Assembly: GCA_051294375.1 (NCBI GenBank)
Contig: CM119270.1
Coordinates: forward strand, 13,991,316 to 14,055,315
Source of the DNA: Paraspadella gotoi
Lineage: Eukaryota; Animalia; Chaetognatha
Direction: 5' to 3'
Length of the DNA stretch: 64,000 bases
Position 1 is the stretch's first letter. Each line of letters begins with the position of its first letter. The notes beneath the pieces were generated by a model. That model ran no database searches and had not been told where the DNA came from. It saw only the letters and a program-made list of their open reading frames with translations. Positions 12,441 through 24,220 of this stretch are shown here, in pieces. A program made the translations under genes and the position numbers.

Positions 12441-15405
12441 CCTTCCTTCAACTTGGCCTTGAGCCAAACGATCCTCTTCTTGATCTTCTCTCAGCACAAG
12501 GCGAAGTCACATCGCAGCACAGCGCCATCCCCGAGGAGGATGTAGCAGGCGGAGAGAATTCCGCCGTGCGGAGCTGACGCCTCGGAGAAAGGAGGGTTAG
12601 AGGCCGTCTAGGGCGAGCGGAATCTCTCTGGAGCAGAGTTGACTACCTGGATGATAGCGAGAATCAAATATAATCGACTTTGATTTATCAATGGCAAGTA
12701 AATGACAATGAAGTAAAAAGAAACGAAATGAATTAAACAATAATCGATATGATACAAATATAATAACTTAATGTTAATTTAATGTTAAGTGATCAATTTC
12801 CAGACGCAATCGCCAAACGATCAAGTCTCAAGCAGCGTTCAAAACAAACGAGACAGCACAGCCAAGAAAACAAGCAAAAACACGACACGATAAACCGCTT
12901 GTAACACAGGAGCGTCACTGGACGTCCTCCAACTCACTCGGCACGTAGTCCCCGAATCGATTGTCGAGAGAGTCACCGAAGCTGAGTAGATGGATCGTCG
13001 TCGTCCATCCTTCCGAGTGACCGACAAGAGCCGGCGCCCATAGCAGGTAGAGGATGAGGATTCCGGCCGTCAGCGTCAGCGGGACTCATGACGTCCTCTT
13101 CGTCGTCGTATTCGTCGTCGTCGTCGGCGTGTCAGTCGAAGAGTTTTTGGCGCGGTTGATAAAGCCTGAGAAAAATCATTGTCTCTTTAAGTAAACATTA
13201 AGTTACAAAGCAACAAGTTCTTTATTTGTTTTACAACGATGATTTAAAAATTTCGGACATCTTCGGTTCTTGATTTTGCCGAACCTTCTTCAGCGCAGGT
13301 TTTACAGTTTCACAATTATGCAAAAACTTATAATTAATAATTATGATATGAATGCAGTTAATATATAAATAGTTATTCGATTAATCATTGGAATTTAAAA
13401 TTTCTTTTTATACTGGCTGCAGATTGATTTAAAATTTTTACATGAATTAATTCATCATGTCAAAATTTTTTCATGAAATAATATATCATAAACATTCGTC
13501 AAAATTCCAACTCTCGATCCATAACCTAGTCATCCTTTCGTCCCCGCCGATCCTCGAAACTCTCGCCGACTTGACCGCAGAAATCCTTCGTGCTTAGTTT
13601 CTTGTGCGCCCTGCCGCCACCGCGCTGCGCCCCTCCCAATGTTGCCGTCGAAATGATGTTGGGCGTCTTCCGCGCTTGTTCGTCCTAATCTTTGAGTAGG
13701 CGTTCGACGAGATATCACGTCGTAGTTGCTGATGGAGATTAGTGGGTGTTATTAATTATATTGTGGCAACACATTCACTACGCTCACCCGCCGAGTGCAT
13801 CAGCGCAGCCCCGTTGCGTAAGAGCGAGAATTCTCTCTTCCACCAAACCGTTTTTGGGTCTCGCGCCCCATTGGTGTATCAATGCTATTAAGCGGACGGG
13901 ACGTCTAAGCCACAGTAGTGGCTAACTACAGTCAGATCCGAAGTTCAGAAACTAGGCAGATAACAGGCGGTGTTTGTCGTGGGCACTTAAAATATAATCA
14001 TATAAAGATGAATAAAAATGCAAACAATTTTACAGGCCCAATGATACGCTCAGTGATGTTTACGTACATTTAGAATATCGGTTAAACAAAAAAATGTCAG
14101 ATTTTAAAAGATGTACACTTGTTGTCAGCTCCGTCGAACACTTCCGCCATTCCTACGGGAACCTTTCTCCTCACCTCACCAAAGAAGACAACTCACTTGG
14201 TGCAATTTTCGTATCTTCTCTCTTTCCAACTCCTCTCCCGGTTCTCCTCTTCCTCCGCCCGCGTCTTCCTCTTCCTCATCTTGGTGCAGATTTTCCGCCA
14301 AGACGAAAGATGAGCGACGAATCTTTATGTGACGCACGCTGAAGAAGATTCGTCATCGGGACTCCGAGGAGACGAGGAGCAGGGCCGAAGATTGGAATGC
14401 CTGGGAGGAAGAGGATGATGGGAGACCTTTTTTCGATTCGCGCCGAGTTTCTAAAATTGAAGAGTCTGTTGCCATAAATTTTTGTATCCAACAAACGATA
14501 CAAACCGACGCAGGCGTAGCAAATGGCGACGATCCGTCCGGCACGTGTGAGGCGATGTTCCATAACCGATGGTGGAGAGATGGTGACGGCGAAAGAAGGT
14601 GGAGGCGGCCCAGCCCCAGCCGGCAGTCGTTACAGTCCTCGTGCTGACCGTACAGGCCCACCTGAGGTTGACCCGCGAGAAATGCGCGGAAAGTTGAATT
14701 AATGACTTTAAATGGAATATTTTTTGTCAATTTGATTTATACGAAAATCAATTACCGATTTATGATAAACAAGATGAGTGGTTAACTGGTTATACACAAT
14801 ATTTAATATTAAGATATAGATGTTAAATATTTTAAAAAAGAATCGTGTAATGACACTAACGCTCGCGGTAAGTGTCGAGACATTGGTAAGGTGTCGACGA
14901 AGATTGTCGGAGGTTGGGATCCGCGAAGGCGTTGATGTATCGATCCGATGGCCTTCACCTGCAACGAACCCAGACTTAATTCACGTTAACCAGACAAAAT
15001 TAATTCATTAAATTTTACAGATCGTCAATAGTTACTATGTATGTTATATAGGCGAACAAATTATCAAATAAAATAAAGGTTGAAAACAACTCTATAAGGA
15101 TGCAACAAAAACTTGAATTTTAAGCTACAAGGAATCCGATCACACCTGTGCTCGTCGATTGCCGACTTGTCTTCTTGCAAATTGACGAGCTGTCTTTTCC
15201 TCCAAACAGTTGAATAATCCTAAATCATGAATAAAGCAGTAAACTAATAGAAACGGCTCACGAAGCTCGCAATTCATCCATCACGGAATGACGGACCCAC
15301 CGGCGCAGAATAAACGGACGATAAGGAGCAAGTATGCCGACGGGGCCCGAAGGCCGAAAGCCGCGTTGGAACAAAATGGCCGACACTCGCCCCGCATCGC
15401 GCCGC
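12441..15405 (-). CDS. Two-pore-domain potassium channel (K2P/KCNK family), multi-exon, frameshifted
   Basis: Exons: 15301-15405 (hydrophobic M1); 15146-15219 (LFNCLEEK); 14861-14958; 14506-14661 (FAVTI/LSTIGYG at 14559-14573/TRAGRIVAICYACV, P1); 14197-14400 (GIPIFG, M2); loop exons ~13789-13986 and ~13530-13727; 12938-13165 (LTLTAGILILYL.../VTLSTI-G-FGDYVP, P2 with one G missing); 12441-12646 (ILSACYILLGMAL.../EKIKKRIVWLKAKLKE, M4). Two pore signatures in the order M1-P1-M2-M3-P2-M4 are diagnostic of K2P. Confidence 0.85.
13255..13293 (-). ncRNA. Degenerate minimal hammerhead ribozyme (Penelope-type) in a K2P intron
   Basis: Minus strand reads CTGAAGA-A-GGTTC(ggcaaaatcaa)GAACC-GAAG-ATGTC. 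It has core CUGANGA, a 5-bp stem II and a GUC site, but GAAAC is altered to GAAG. The 3' flank shares ATCGTTGT(T)AAAA with the 59.1-kb element. Confidence 0.5.
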
Positions 15406-16616
15406 CTAAATATTGATTAAGCTATGGAATTTATCGGCGGTCTTGCGCACATTTGTTTTCCTTTGGAATCTTGAAGACTTCGTGCCGAGAGCGCTAGCAG
15501 TTAGTGCATGAATTTTTTTGTTAAAAAAAAAAACAGTGACGAGGTCCTTGGATTCAACATTTTTTAAAAAAATACTATAAAATTGTTCCTCTATTTTTTA
15601 ATTTAGGTGCTTCTGTAAAACTTACGCTTCGAGTCGCCCTGACTTGCTTCCTAAATTTTTATAAATTTGATAATTAACGTCTTTATTGTAAGGATGTAGG
15701 GTAATGGTGAAGTGAAAGTTTGGAATCAAAATTTAGCAGTTTATCTTGATACTATCATTTATTAGTGAATAGTTATTTTTTTTCAAATATAGTAGCCCAG
15801 TCAGCCTATTTTGTATATGTACTATCTCTATATACATGTCAAATTTCAATTTTTTTTTTAATTCTGAGAAGTTGACGAACAGATTCAGATTCCTCGTAAA
15901 ATGTTACTTAAAAAAAATAAAAATCTTTTCCAAAAAAATTATACTTTTTAAGCAGGAAATTGAAAATATGCGTTCTTAAATATAGTTTTTTACATTTTTA
16001 ACCCAACTAATAAAATAAATTTCTAAACAAGATTATATTCCTTATATCACTTTTTTAAGATCCAAGTCTGATCTTAAAATAAAAAAATTATTTGAAATTT
16101 TGGCTTATTATATATTTATTACTAATATATAATAGAGCTTACTGTGCCACTAAGTATATAAATTAAAAAATAAATTTACCAAAGTACTTTTATTAGTTTA
16201 CTCTTATGTTTTATTGCTAAATTTAATAATTTTTTTAATTTTATTATTTACATACACCTAATGTGGAGGATCACGGAGTTTCTGGAAATATCTGACTTTA
16301 ACTCTAACTTAAATTCCATAAGTTTAGAGCTCATTTATTTCTGATGGTTTTAAAACTCATAAGCTCTGCCAAAACTCACCTGTTTTACTAGTCATGTTTA
16401 ATAGTCACATTTGTTTGATAATTTTGTTTTCATCGTTCCGCCGCTGGATTTTAATTTTAGTTCAATTTGTTTCATTATCCCATCATTGATTTTTTGACCG
16501 TATATTGATACGTAAATAAAGCAAAAAAAAATTATTTTTTTTGGCGCAATTACTCAAGTAGTTGAAAATTTTGGATTGTTCAACTGGTTTCAAAAAAAGT
16601 AGAGCCACAAGGCAGT

Positions 16617-16681
16617 CTCTCTCTCTCTCTCTCTCTCTTTCTCTTCTCTCTCTCTCTCTCTTCTACTTCCTCCTCTCTCTC

Positions 16682-16714
<33 letters not shown>

Positions 16715-16715
16715 G
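16617..16715. repeat. (CT)n microsatellite
   Basis: Seen directly. Confidence 0.95.
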
Positions 16716-16810
16716 TTCTCTCGTACACACGCGGATAAAATCGATAATAACCTCCATTCGTGAGGACACGCGAGACCAACGCCGAAAATTCTCGTAAGGG
16801 TGCCAATCAA

Positions 16811-16933
16811 CATCATCATCATTATCATCTATCATCATCATCATCATCATCTTCAGTCATCATTATAATCATCATCATCATCAATCATATCATCATCATC
16901 ATCATCATNNNNNNNNNNNNNNNNNNNNNNNNN

Positions 16934-16969
<36 letters not shown>
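16811..16969. repeat. (CAT)n microsatellite spanning an N gap
   Basis: Seen directly. Confidence 0.95.
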
Positions 16970-17258
16970 TGATAACCATAAAAACTAAAAACATAAAAAC
17001 ATAAATCCTTTGACAAATATGCTATGTTTACTATTCAAGCCAAACGAAAAGGCAGATATGTGATATTGATGAGACCAATAATCCTAACAATTTAAAAATT
17101 GTCAACAAAAGACAACTGGATTTGGAGAGAGTCAAATCGCTTTTGACATAGCAGGTCTCTGCAAGCTTTCAATTAATAAAATGGAATTACTATCTTGGAA
17201 AAAAGTAACATAATTCATTTATTCAATAAAAAGTATACAAAACATGGATAAAACATTC

Positions 17259-17425
17259 TCAATATTTGGTATGCATTTCCTCGGCATCGACTACTGCCTG
17301 CATTCGTCTGGGTTTGCTCTTATACATCAAATTGAGGTATGACAACGAAATGTTTTTCGACATGTTTAACGCAATTCTTTCTCTTTTTTTTTCTGAGAGC
17401 TATAATAACACTTTTTTGAACCAGA
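17259..17425 (-). mobile_element. Tc1/mariner transposase C-terminal remnant
   Basis: Minus-strand translation MSKNISLSYLNLMYKSKPRRMQAVVDAEEMHTKY* resembles the Tc1-family terminal motif SMPRRxxAVIxAxGGxTKY*. There is an in-frame stop upstream, and an N gap truncates it. Confidence 0.7.
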
Positions 17426-17953
17426 NNNNNNNNNNNNNNNNNNNNNNNNNNNNNNNNNNNNNNNNNNNNNNNNNNNNNNNNNNNNNNNNNNNNNNNNNNN
17501 NNNNNNNNNNNNNNNNNNNNNNNNNNNNNNNNNNNNNNNNNNNNNNNNNNNNNNNNNNNNNNNNNNNNNNNNNNNNNNNTGGCGACAAGCAATGAATACT
17601 TGTGTATATACTATTGAGCATAGAGATTTTAAAAGATGGCATGTTTTGAGAGCTTTCCACTAGTTAACCACACCAGCTTGTTCACGAGTTCATTTTAGGT
17701 TCAAAATCCTATCGATTATTTCACGATACATAATGTTACTAATAATATCTATACTCTAAAGAATAATTTGTTAGAAAATCTTATTACAGTTACTGTTTTT
17801 TTTCGCTGAAAAATGAATTCATTTATTTTAATGTCGGCGACGATTTTGGTTGCTGTGAACTTCGTGCGGAGCGAGGTCAGTTGATGCATCTTGTTTTTCA
17901 TAATGAAATAAGACAAACTTAAACAAACTAACATTAAAATATTTGATTTTCAG

Positions 17954-18155
17954 GCGATACAAAGTAAACCAAGCAACAATCTTTTTGCGATAATTATTCG
18001 AAATGTCAATGCGGTGAGATGACTAAAGGATATATAGTGAAAAGTATCGATTTAGATAATATGAAACTGAACAAGATAGAATTATTTTAAGAGGGCGAAT
18101 GTCAAAAAGCGATGAACCAAAGAATTTTGCAAGAAGAGGTAAAAAGTACTTAAAT

Positions 18156-18248
<93 letters not shown>

Positions 18249-18464
18249 TTCTCTCTTCTCTTCTCCTCTCTCTGTCTCCCTCTCCAGGGCGAGCGACCTA
18301 ACCTTCCTGCTGCAGAGAGCGAGCCGCACTTCCGCATGATGCTGCACATGCTGCGACTGGCCAATTGCCTGGCGATGGCCTTGGTGGCGCTGGTTGGTCT
18401 GGCGCTCTGCTCCTTCCTCGTCACCGCTGAAGTTGAAGTCGAGAAAAGATGCGAGGAAATATGA
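17954..18464 (+). CDS. Putative last two exons (17954-18013, 18288-18464) of a protein with a C-terminal hydrophobic helix
   Basis: tttcag|AIQSKPSNNLFAIIIRNVNA|gtgag joins in phase 0 to (CT)n-ctccag|GERPNLPAAESEPHFRMMLHMLRLANCLAMALVALVGLALCSFLVTAEVEVEKRCEEI*. The second exon has GC3-rich codons. Confidence 0.5.
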
Positions 18465-18830
18465 CGCGGATTAATAACAACAACGACAACCAAAGAAATT
18501 ATGATAATAAATTTTAAAATTAAGTTTAGGCTAAACATACGGCTTGTATATACGTAATTAGAGTTTTTAAATACAATAAATTATAAATATAATCCGCGCT
18601 TAATAATTGTCAGCTTATTTCGAATTTGAATAGAAAGCTTTAATTTACGGATTTTAATTTATAATTATAGTATATAATTTGTAATATAATATTACAAGCG
18701 GCCTATTTTTTTGCAATCAATCGATAAATAGCAGCAGGGCGAAAAACTGTTCCTCCTACAAACGGATAAAAAAAAAAAAAAAATCCAATCATTGCAGTTT
18801 TATTCTTTTGTTCCTCAAGAGTCTTGAAAT

Positions 18831-18890
<60 letters not shown>

Positions 18891-18916
18891 TGTAGACGAC
18901 GGGTGCGTTCGAAGGG

Positions 18917-19445
18917 GATGAAAACGATGAAGACGAAAGAAAGGATGACGATGATGACAATGATGATGAAGGCGACCGTGACTATGGCAATGAAAACGAT
19001 GAAGACGAAAGAAAGGATGACGATGATGACAATGATGACGAAAGCGACCGTTACTATGTCAATGAAAACGACGAAGACGAAAGAAAGGATGATAATGATG
19101 AAAATGATGATGAAGTCGACCGTGACTATGGCAATGAAAACGACGAAGACGAAAGAAAGGATGATAATGATGAAACTGATGATGAAGGCGACCGTGACTA
19201 TGTCAATGAAAACGACGAAGACGAAAGAAAGGATGACGATGATGACAATGGTGACGAAAGCGACCGTGACTATGTCAATGAAAACGACGAAGACGAAAGA
19301 AAGGATGACGATGATGAAAATGATGACGAAGACGACCATTACTATGTCAATGAAAACGACGAAGACGAAAGAAAGGATGACGATGATGAAAATGATGATG
19401 AAGTCGACCGTGACTATGTCAATGAAAACGAAGAAGACGAAGACG
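18917..19445 (+). repeat. 72-bp minisatellite, about 7 copies
   Basis: Unit gaaaacgacgaagacgaaagaaaggatgacgatgatgacaatgatgatgaaggcgaccgtgactatgtcaat repeats with period 72 and no visible indels. Confidence 0.95.
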
Positions 19446-22400
19446 GGTGCTTTTATGGGCCACAAAAACGACGGCGTCGATGATTACGACTGAAACGACG
19501 ATGACTAAATCTAAATAAAAACGACGACGACGATGACGACGATCCCAACAGAAACAATGACAACGACCGCGACGATGACGACGAGGGTGACCACGTCGAT
19601 AACACTCAACAGCTAACGCAGTTTTCTGCTGACGCTTACAGTTACAATCTGACTCGAGTTGTTCATTTTCAACGAGAAGCATAAGCAAGTCCATTACAAC
19701 GACCGAGGCGATCCTAACGAGAACGAGAGAAAACAATGTAAGAACTGCAACAACAACAACACAACAAAAGAACATCGTCTCTCTGTTCATTTTTTCGGCG
19801 CAAAAATGTCATTTTCTTTCAGCCGAAGACGATGGAACCTCTTGGTTTCGAACCCTCGGGGGGAAAAAAACGTTCACCCTCGCGGGCGCGGCTCCGCCCC
19901 TTTCCTCTCCCCTTTTTGCCCCCTCGGGGCTGCTCGATCCAAGGGCTCTCTTAGGTGCTGTTGGAGGGCCCTTGGAGTATCCTCAGCGGGCGTCGGACGA
20001 CGCCCCCTATCGTGTCACGAGTTAATCGGGCGAATTGTTTTGTGGGAGGGAAAAGAAAACAGTTGAACTGGAGGAGAACAATTGGGGAGAATTGGCGGGA
20101 AATTGTTTCTTTTTATAGGAAAAAAAGGTGAAAACTGTTTTTTTGGGGGCAATCCATCGCGTATTTATTTTTTTTTTTTGCCCGGTTGAATTAACGAGTG
20201 TTTGTTTCTCGCGTCAGGTCAGTCATCACGCGAAAATATCTACCAATCCCGAAAGTGATAGCTCATTGCTCCACGAATTGCCCAACAATAAAGTTTAACG
20301 TTTAGGAACGTTGGAATTGTTAGAAACAAACAAGCCTGTCAAAGTCAGGGGCAAGATAGCTTATTTATTAAATGAATGGATTAATTTTTATATGTTGCTG
20401 GTTACAATTTCATAGTTAAAAACAAATTAGAGAAGAAAAATAAGTTTAAAATGGTTCGATAACTTAAAAGGACGCTTTTGATTAGATTCACTGAATAAGT
20501 AAAGAGAATGTTAAATATTTTAAATGGATTAAATTTGATAGCTTGATTCATGGGCAGAATGGAGGTAGGATTTAAAGTTACTGCCTTTTAGCTCAGTTTC
20601 CCAGTTTATATGACAGTACAGAAAGAGCCAAAGGTCACGGTGCAAGGAGTATTTTTAATCGGTTGGTCGCTTCACAAATCGTTGAAAACAAAGTGTGAAC
20701 GAGAAAAAAAGACGAACTAAGGATTCGATGATGAATTCAAAGATTGTGTCTGTGACAGATCTTATTGAAAGTTGATCAATGACTCGTGTTTTGCTTCCTG
20801 TAAGAATACTCGTAAACAACTTACCATCGAGGAGTTGAAGGGTGCTCATCTCTCTCTCTCTCNNNNNNNNNNNNNNNNNNNNNNNNNNNNNNNNNNNNNN
20901 NNNNNNNNNNNNNNNNNNNNNNNNNNNNNNNNNNNNNNNNNNNNNNNNNNNNNNNNNNNNNNNNNNNNNNNNNNNNNNNNNNNNNNNNNNNNNNNNNNNN
21001 NNNNNNNNNNNNNNNNNNNNNNNNNNNNNNNNNNNNNNNNNNNNNNNNNNNNNNNNNNNNNNNNNNNNNNNNNNNNNNNNNNNNNNNNNNNNNNNNNNNN
21101 NNNNNNNNNNNNNNNNNNNNNNNNNNNNNNNNNNNNNNNNNNNNNNNNNNNNNNNNNNNNNNNNNNNNNNNNNNNNNNNNNNNNNNNNNNNNNNNNCAGG
21201 CGACAACGCGTTGGTTGCCAAGCGATGGCCACGCCCATCGTCAGCGGCGACGCCCACCTCCGTCGTCTCTGATTGGACGNNNNNNNNNNNNNNNNNNNNN
21301 NNNNAATCTTCTCTCTTTCCTCTTCTCTCTCTCTATCTCTCTCTCTCTCTCGCTCTCTCCCCTTTCCTCTCACTCCTCTCTATCCTCTCTCCCTCCTCTC
21401 TCTCCATTCTTAATTCTTTCTCTTTTTAGGTCGGATCTGCTTATTAGCGCGCAGTATTCCGACCTATAATTCCTTTGTCGGTCCGTCGGTCCCCCACCCT
21501 AAATCTTGTCGTAATCATTAATCTATCCACTTCAAGAACTAAAATATTATGGCTAAAATTTTTTAAGCAAAAAAATGATGTCCGTCCCGGCCTGTCCTAA
21601 CTGTGCCTGTCTGTTTGTCTTTCTGTCCTGTCTGTCTTGTTTTTCTGTCTGTCCTGTCCTCTCTGTCCGTGTCCGTCCCTCCTTAACCAAAAAAACTTTA
21701 ATTATACTTACTACTGTGAGATTGGAGGTTGGATTGGGAATGATATTTTGGTGTGTGGGTAGGAAAATGTGTGAAAAGCTGGATTATTAAAGTTTTCAAT
21801 GGGAATTCGTGCGAGTGGAAAATGAGTTTTAAGAAAAAATGGAATAGAACCCATAAGTCCCAATAACTTAAAATCTTTTTTTTTATTAAATTTAACACGC
21901 CCATAATTACTAAAGATTAAAAAAATATAATTTGATATGATTGTGTTAAAATTAGGTTAAACAAGTAAAAAAGAAAAAAATTATTATATTAAAAAAATGA
22001 TGCATATTTTGAAAGATTGTTGCAAGAAGCTGGAAAAAGAACGATGCGTTGAAAAAACTGATGCAAGTTGATTTTAAGGGAGCTGATACCGCTTAAATTA
22101 TCGTGTGGCAGATCCGACATTGTTTTCTCAAAAGCTGTGTTTTAAAAAATTTTTTGTTAGCCATTCGTCGGGAGCCGAAACGGAGAAAAACGGTGATTGG
22201 GTCGGACGGAAAGCGATCGTGTCCAATCAGAGACGACGGAGGTGGCGTCGCCGCTGGACGAATGGGCGGTGGCCATCGCTTGGCACCAACGCGTTGTCGC
22301 CTGCGCAGGTATGACGTCATCCCTCTCACTCCTGCCCTCACCCCCACCACTCGCTCTCTTTTTTCTCTCCTCTCTCTCTCTCTCTCTCTATCACGCTCGT

Positions 22401-22494
22401 CGCTCTCGCATTGGAGAGACTCGCCATCTTTCAGCGAAAAAGAGGATCTCTCGAGTAGATGTCTTTGTTGGACAAAGTGGTATTGGAGTACGAC

Positions 22495-22555
<61 letters not shown>

Positions 22556-24220
22556 CAGAGAAGAAGAGAGAGAAGAGAGAGGAGAGGAGAGAGAGAGCAG
22601 AGGAGAAGAGAGAGAGAGAGAGAGAGATGAGCCACCCTTCAACTCCTCGATGGTAAGTTTGTTTACCGAGATTTTCACAGAAGCAAAACACAGTCATTGA
22701 TAACTTTCAATAAGATCTGTCACAGACACAATTCTTTTGAATTCATTCATCCGAATCCTTAGTTCGTCTTTTTTTTCTCAGTTTCACCAACTTTGTTTTC
22801 CAACGATTTTGTGGTGAAGCGACCCAACGACATTAAAAATACTCCTTGCACCCTGACCTTGGCTCTTTCCTTGCTACTGTCATATAATAAACTGGGGGAA
22901 ACTGAGCTAAAAGGCAGTAAACTTATCCTACACTCCATTCTTTTCCCATGAATCAGCTATCAAATTTAATCCATTTACTATTTACATCTCTTACTTATTC
23001 AGTCGAATCTATACAAAGGCGTCTTTTAAGTTTTATCGAACATTTTTTTAAACTTATTTTTTTCTTCTAAATTTTGTTTTAAACTATGAAATTGGTAACC
23101 AACATATAAATAATTAATATCCATTCATTTAAAAATAAGTTATCTTGCTTGCCCCTGACTTTGGACAGGCTTGTTTGTTTTCTAACCATTCCACGTTCCT
23201 AAACGTTAATCTTTATTGTTGGCAATTCGTTGGGAGCAAGAGCTATCAACCTTCGGGGAATTGTAGATATTTTCTGCGGTGACTGATCCTGACTGAACCG
23301 AGAAAACAAACACTCGTTAAATCAACCGGGCAAAAAAAAAAGATAAATACCATGATTGCCCCAAAAAAAAAAAAACACGTGCATCATCTGGACTTTTTTT
23401 TTCCTATAATAAACGAAACAATTCCCCCTCGCCAATCTCTCCCAATTGTTCTCCTCAGTTCAACTGGTTTCTTTTCCCTCCCGCACCCCAAAACAATTCG
23501 CGCCGATTAACTCGTGACACGATAGGGGTGTCGTCGTCCGAGGCGGCGGCCGCTGAGGATACTCAAGGTGCCCTCCACAGCACCCCTAAGAGAGCCCTTG
23601 CGATCGAGCAGCCCGAGGCCCGGGCAAAAATGGGGAGAGGAAAGTGGGCGGAGCCGCGCCCGCTGAAGGGTGAACGTTTTTTTTTTCCCCGCAGGGTTCG
23701 AAACCAAGAGGTTCCATTCTCTTCCGAGCAGAATAGAAATGACATTTTTTGCGCGAAAAAAATGCAAACAGGAGGAGACGATGTTCTTTTGTTGTTGTTG
23801 TTGTTGCATTCTTTACAATTGTTTTCTCTCGTTCTCGTAGGATCTGCCTCGCGTGCGTTGTATGTGGACTTGCTTATGCTTCTCGTTGAAAGAATGAACA
23901 ACTCGCAGTCACGAATTGTTAACTGTAAGCGTCAGCAGAGGAAAACTGCGTTTAGCTGTTGGTGTTATCGACGTGGTCACCCTCGTCGTGCATCGTCGCG
24001 GTCGTGTTGTCATTTCTGTGTTCTGCTTGGGATCGTCGTCATCGTCGTCGTCGTTTTTATTTTTAGATTTAGTCATCGTGCGTTTCAAGTCCGTAATCAT
24101 CCGGCGAGGGTCTATTTCACGCGTTTCGTTATTTTACGATTCATTTGGCAAAAGCGGACGTTATTTTCATCGTCCTCGTCGTAATTTTCGTCGTCGTTGT
24201 CATGGAATCGACATAGTTGT
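19410..24220. repeat. Large inverted duplication (arms ~19410-21280 and ~22218-24220)
   Basis: 20822-20862 is the reverse complement of ~22615-22657; 19850-19890 of ~23645-23700; 21197-21279 of ~22218-22305. The arms differ mainly by scattered small indels. Confidence 0.9.
22196..22319. promoter_or_regulatory. Candidate proximal promoter: two CCAAT boxes, GC box, palindromic CRE
   Basis: ATTGG 22196-22200, CCAAT 22223-22227, GGGCGG 22264-22269 and TGACGTCA 22312-22319 lie in a CpG-rich patch. Function is inferred from motifs only. Confidence 0.4.

Noticed and set aside
13789-13986. RNase MRP-like motif (ACGCAACGGGGCT, AGTGC/GCACT ends) or death-domain-like peptide on the minus strand
   Set aside because: There is no proper GAAAGTCCCC CR-I partner. 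The block is bounded by AG/GT splice sites and lies between the M2 and M3 exons of the K2P gene, so a loop exon is the simpler explanation.
18815-19493. 216-aa hydrophobic ORF (minus) and 196-aa Met-rich ORF (plus) as genes; also a CRISPR-like periodicity
   Set aside because: These are by-products of the 72-bp minisatellite. Units are contiguous with no unique spacers, and the DNA is eukaryotic.
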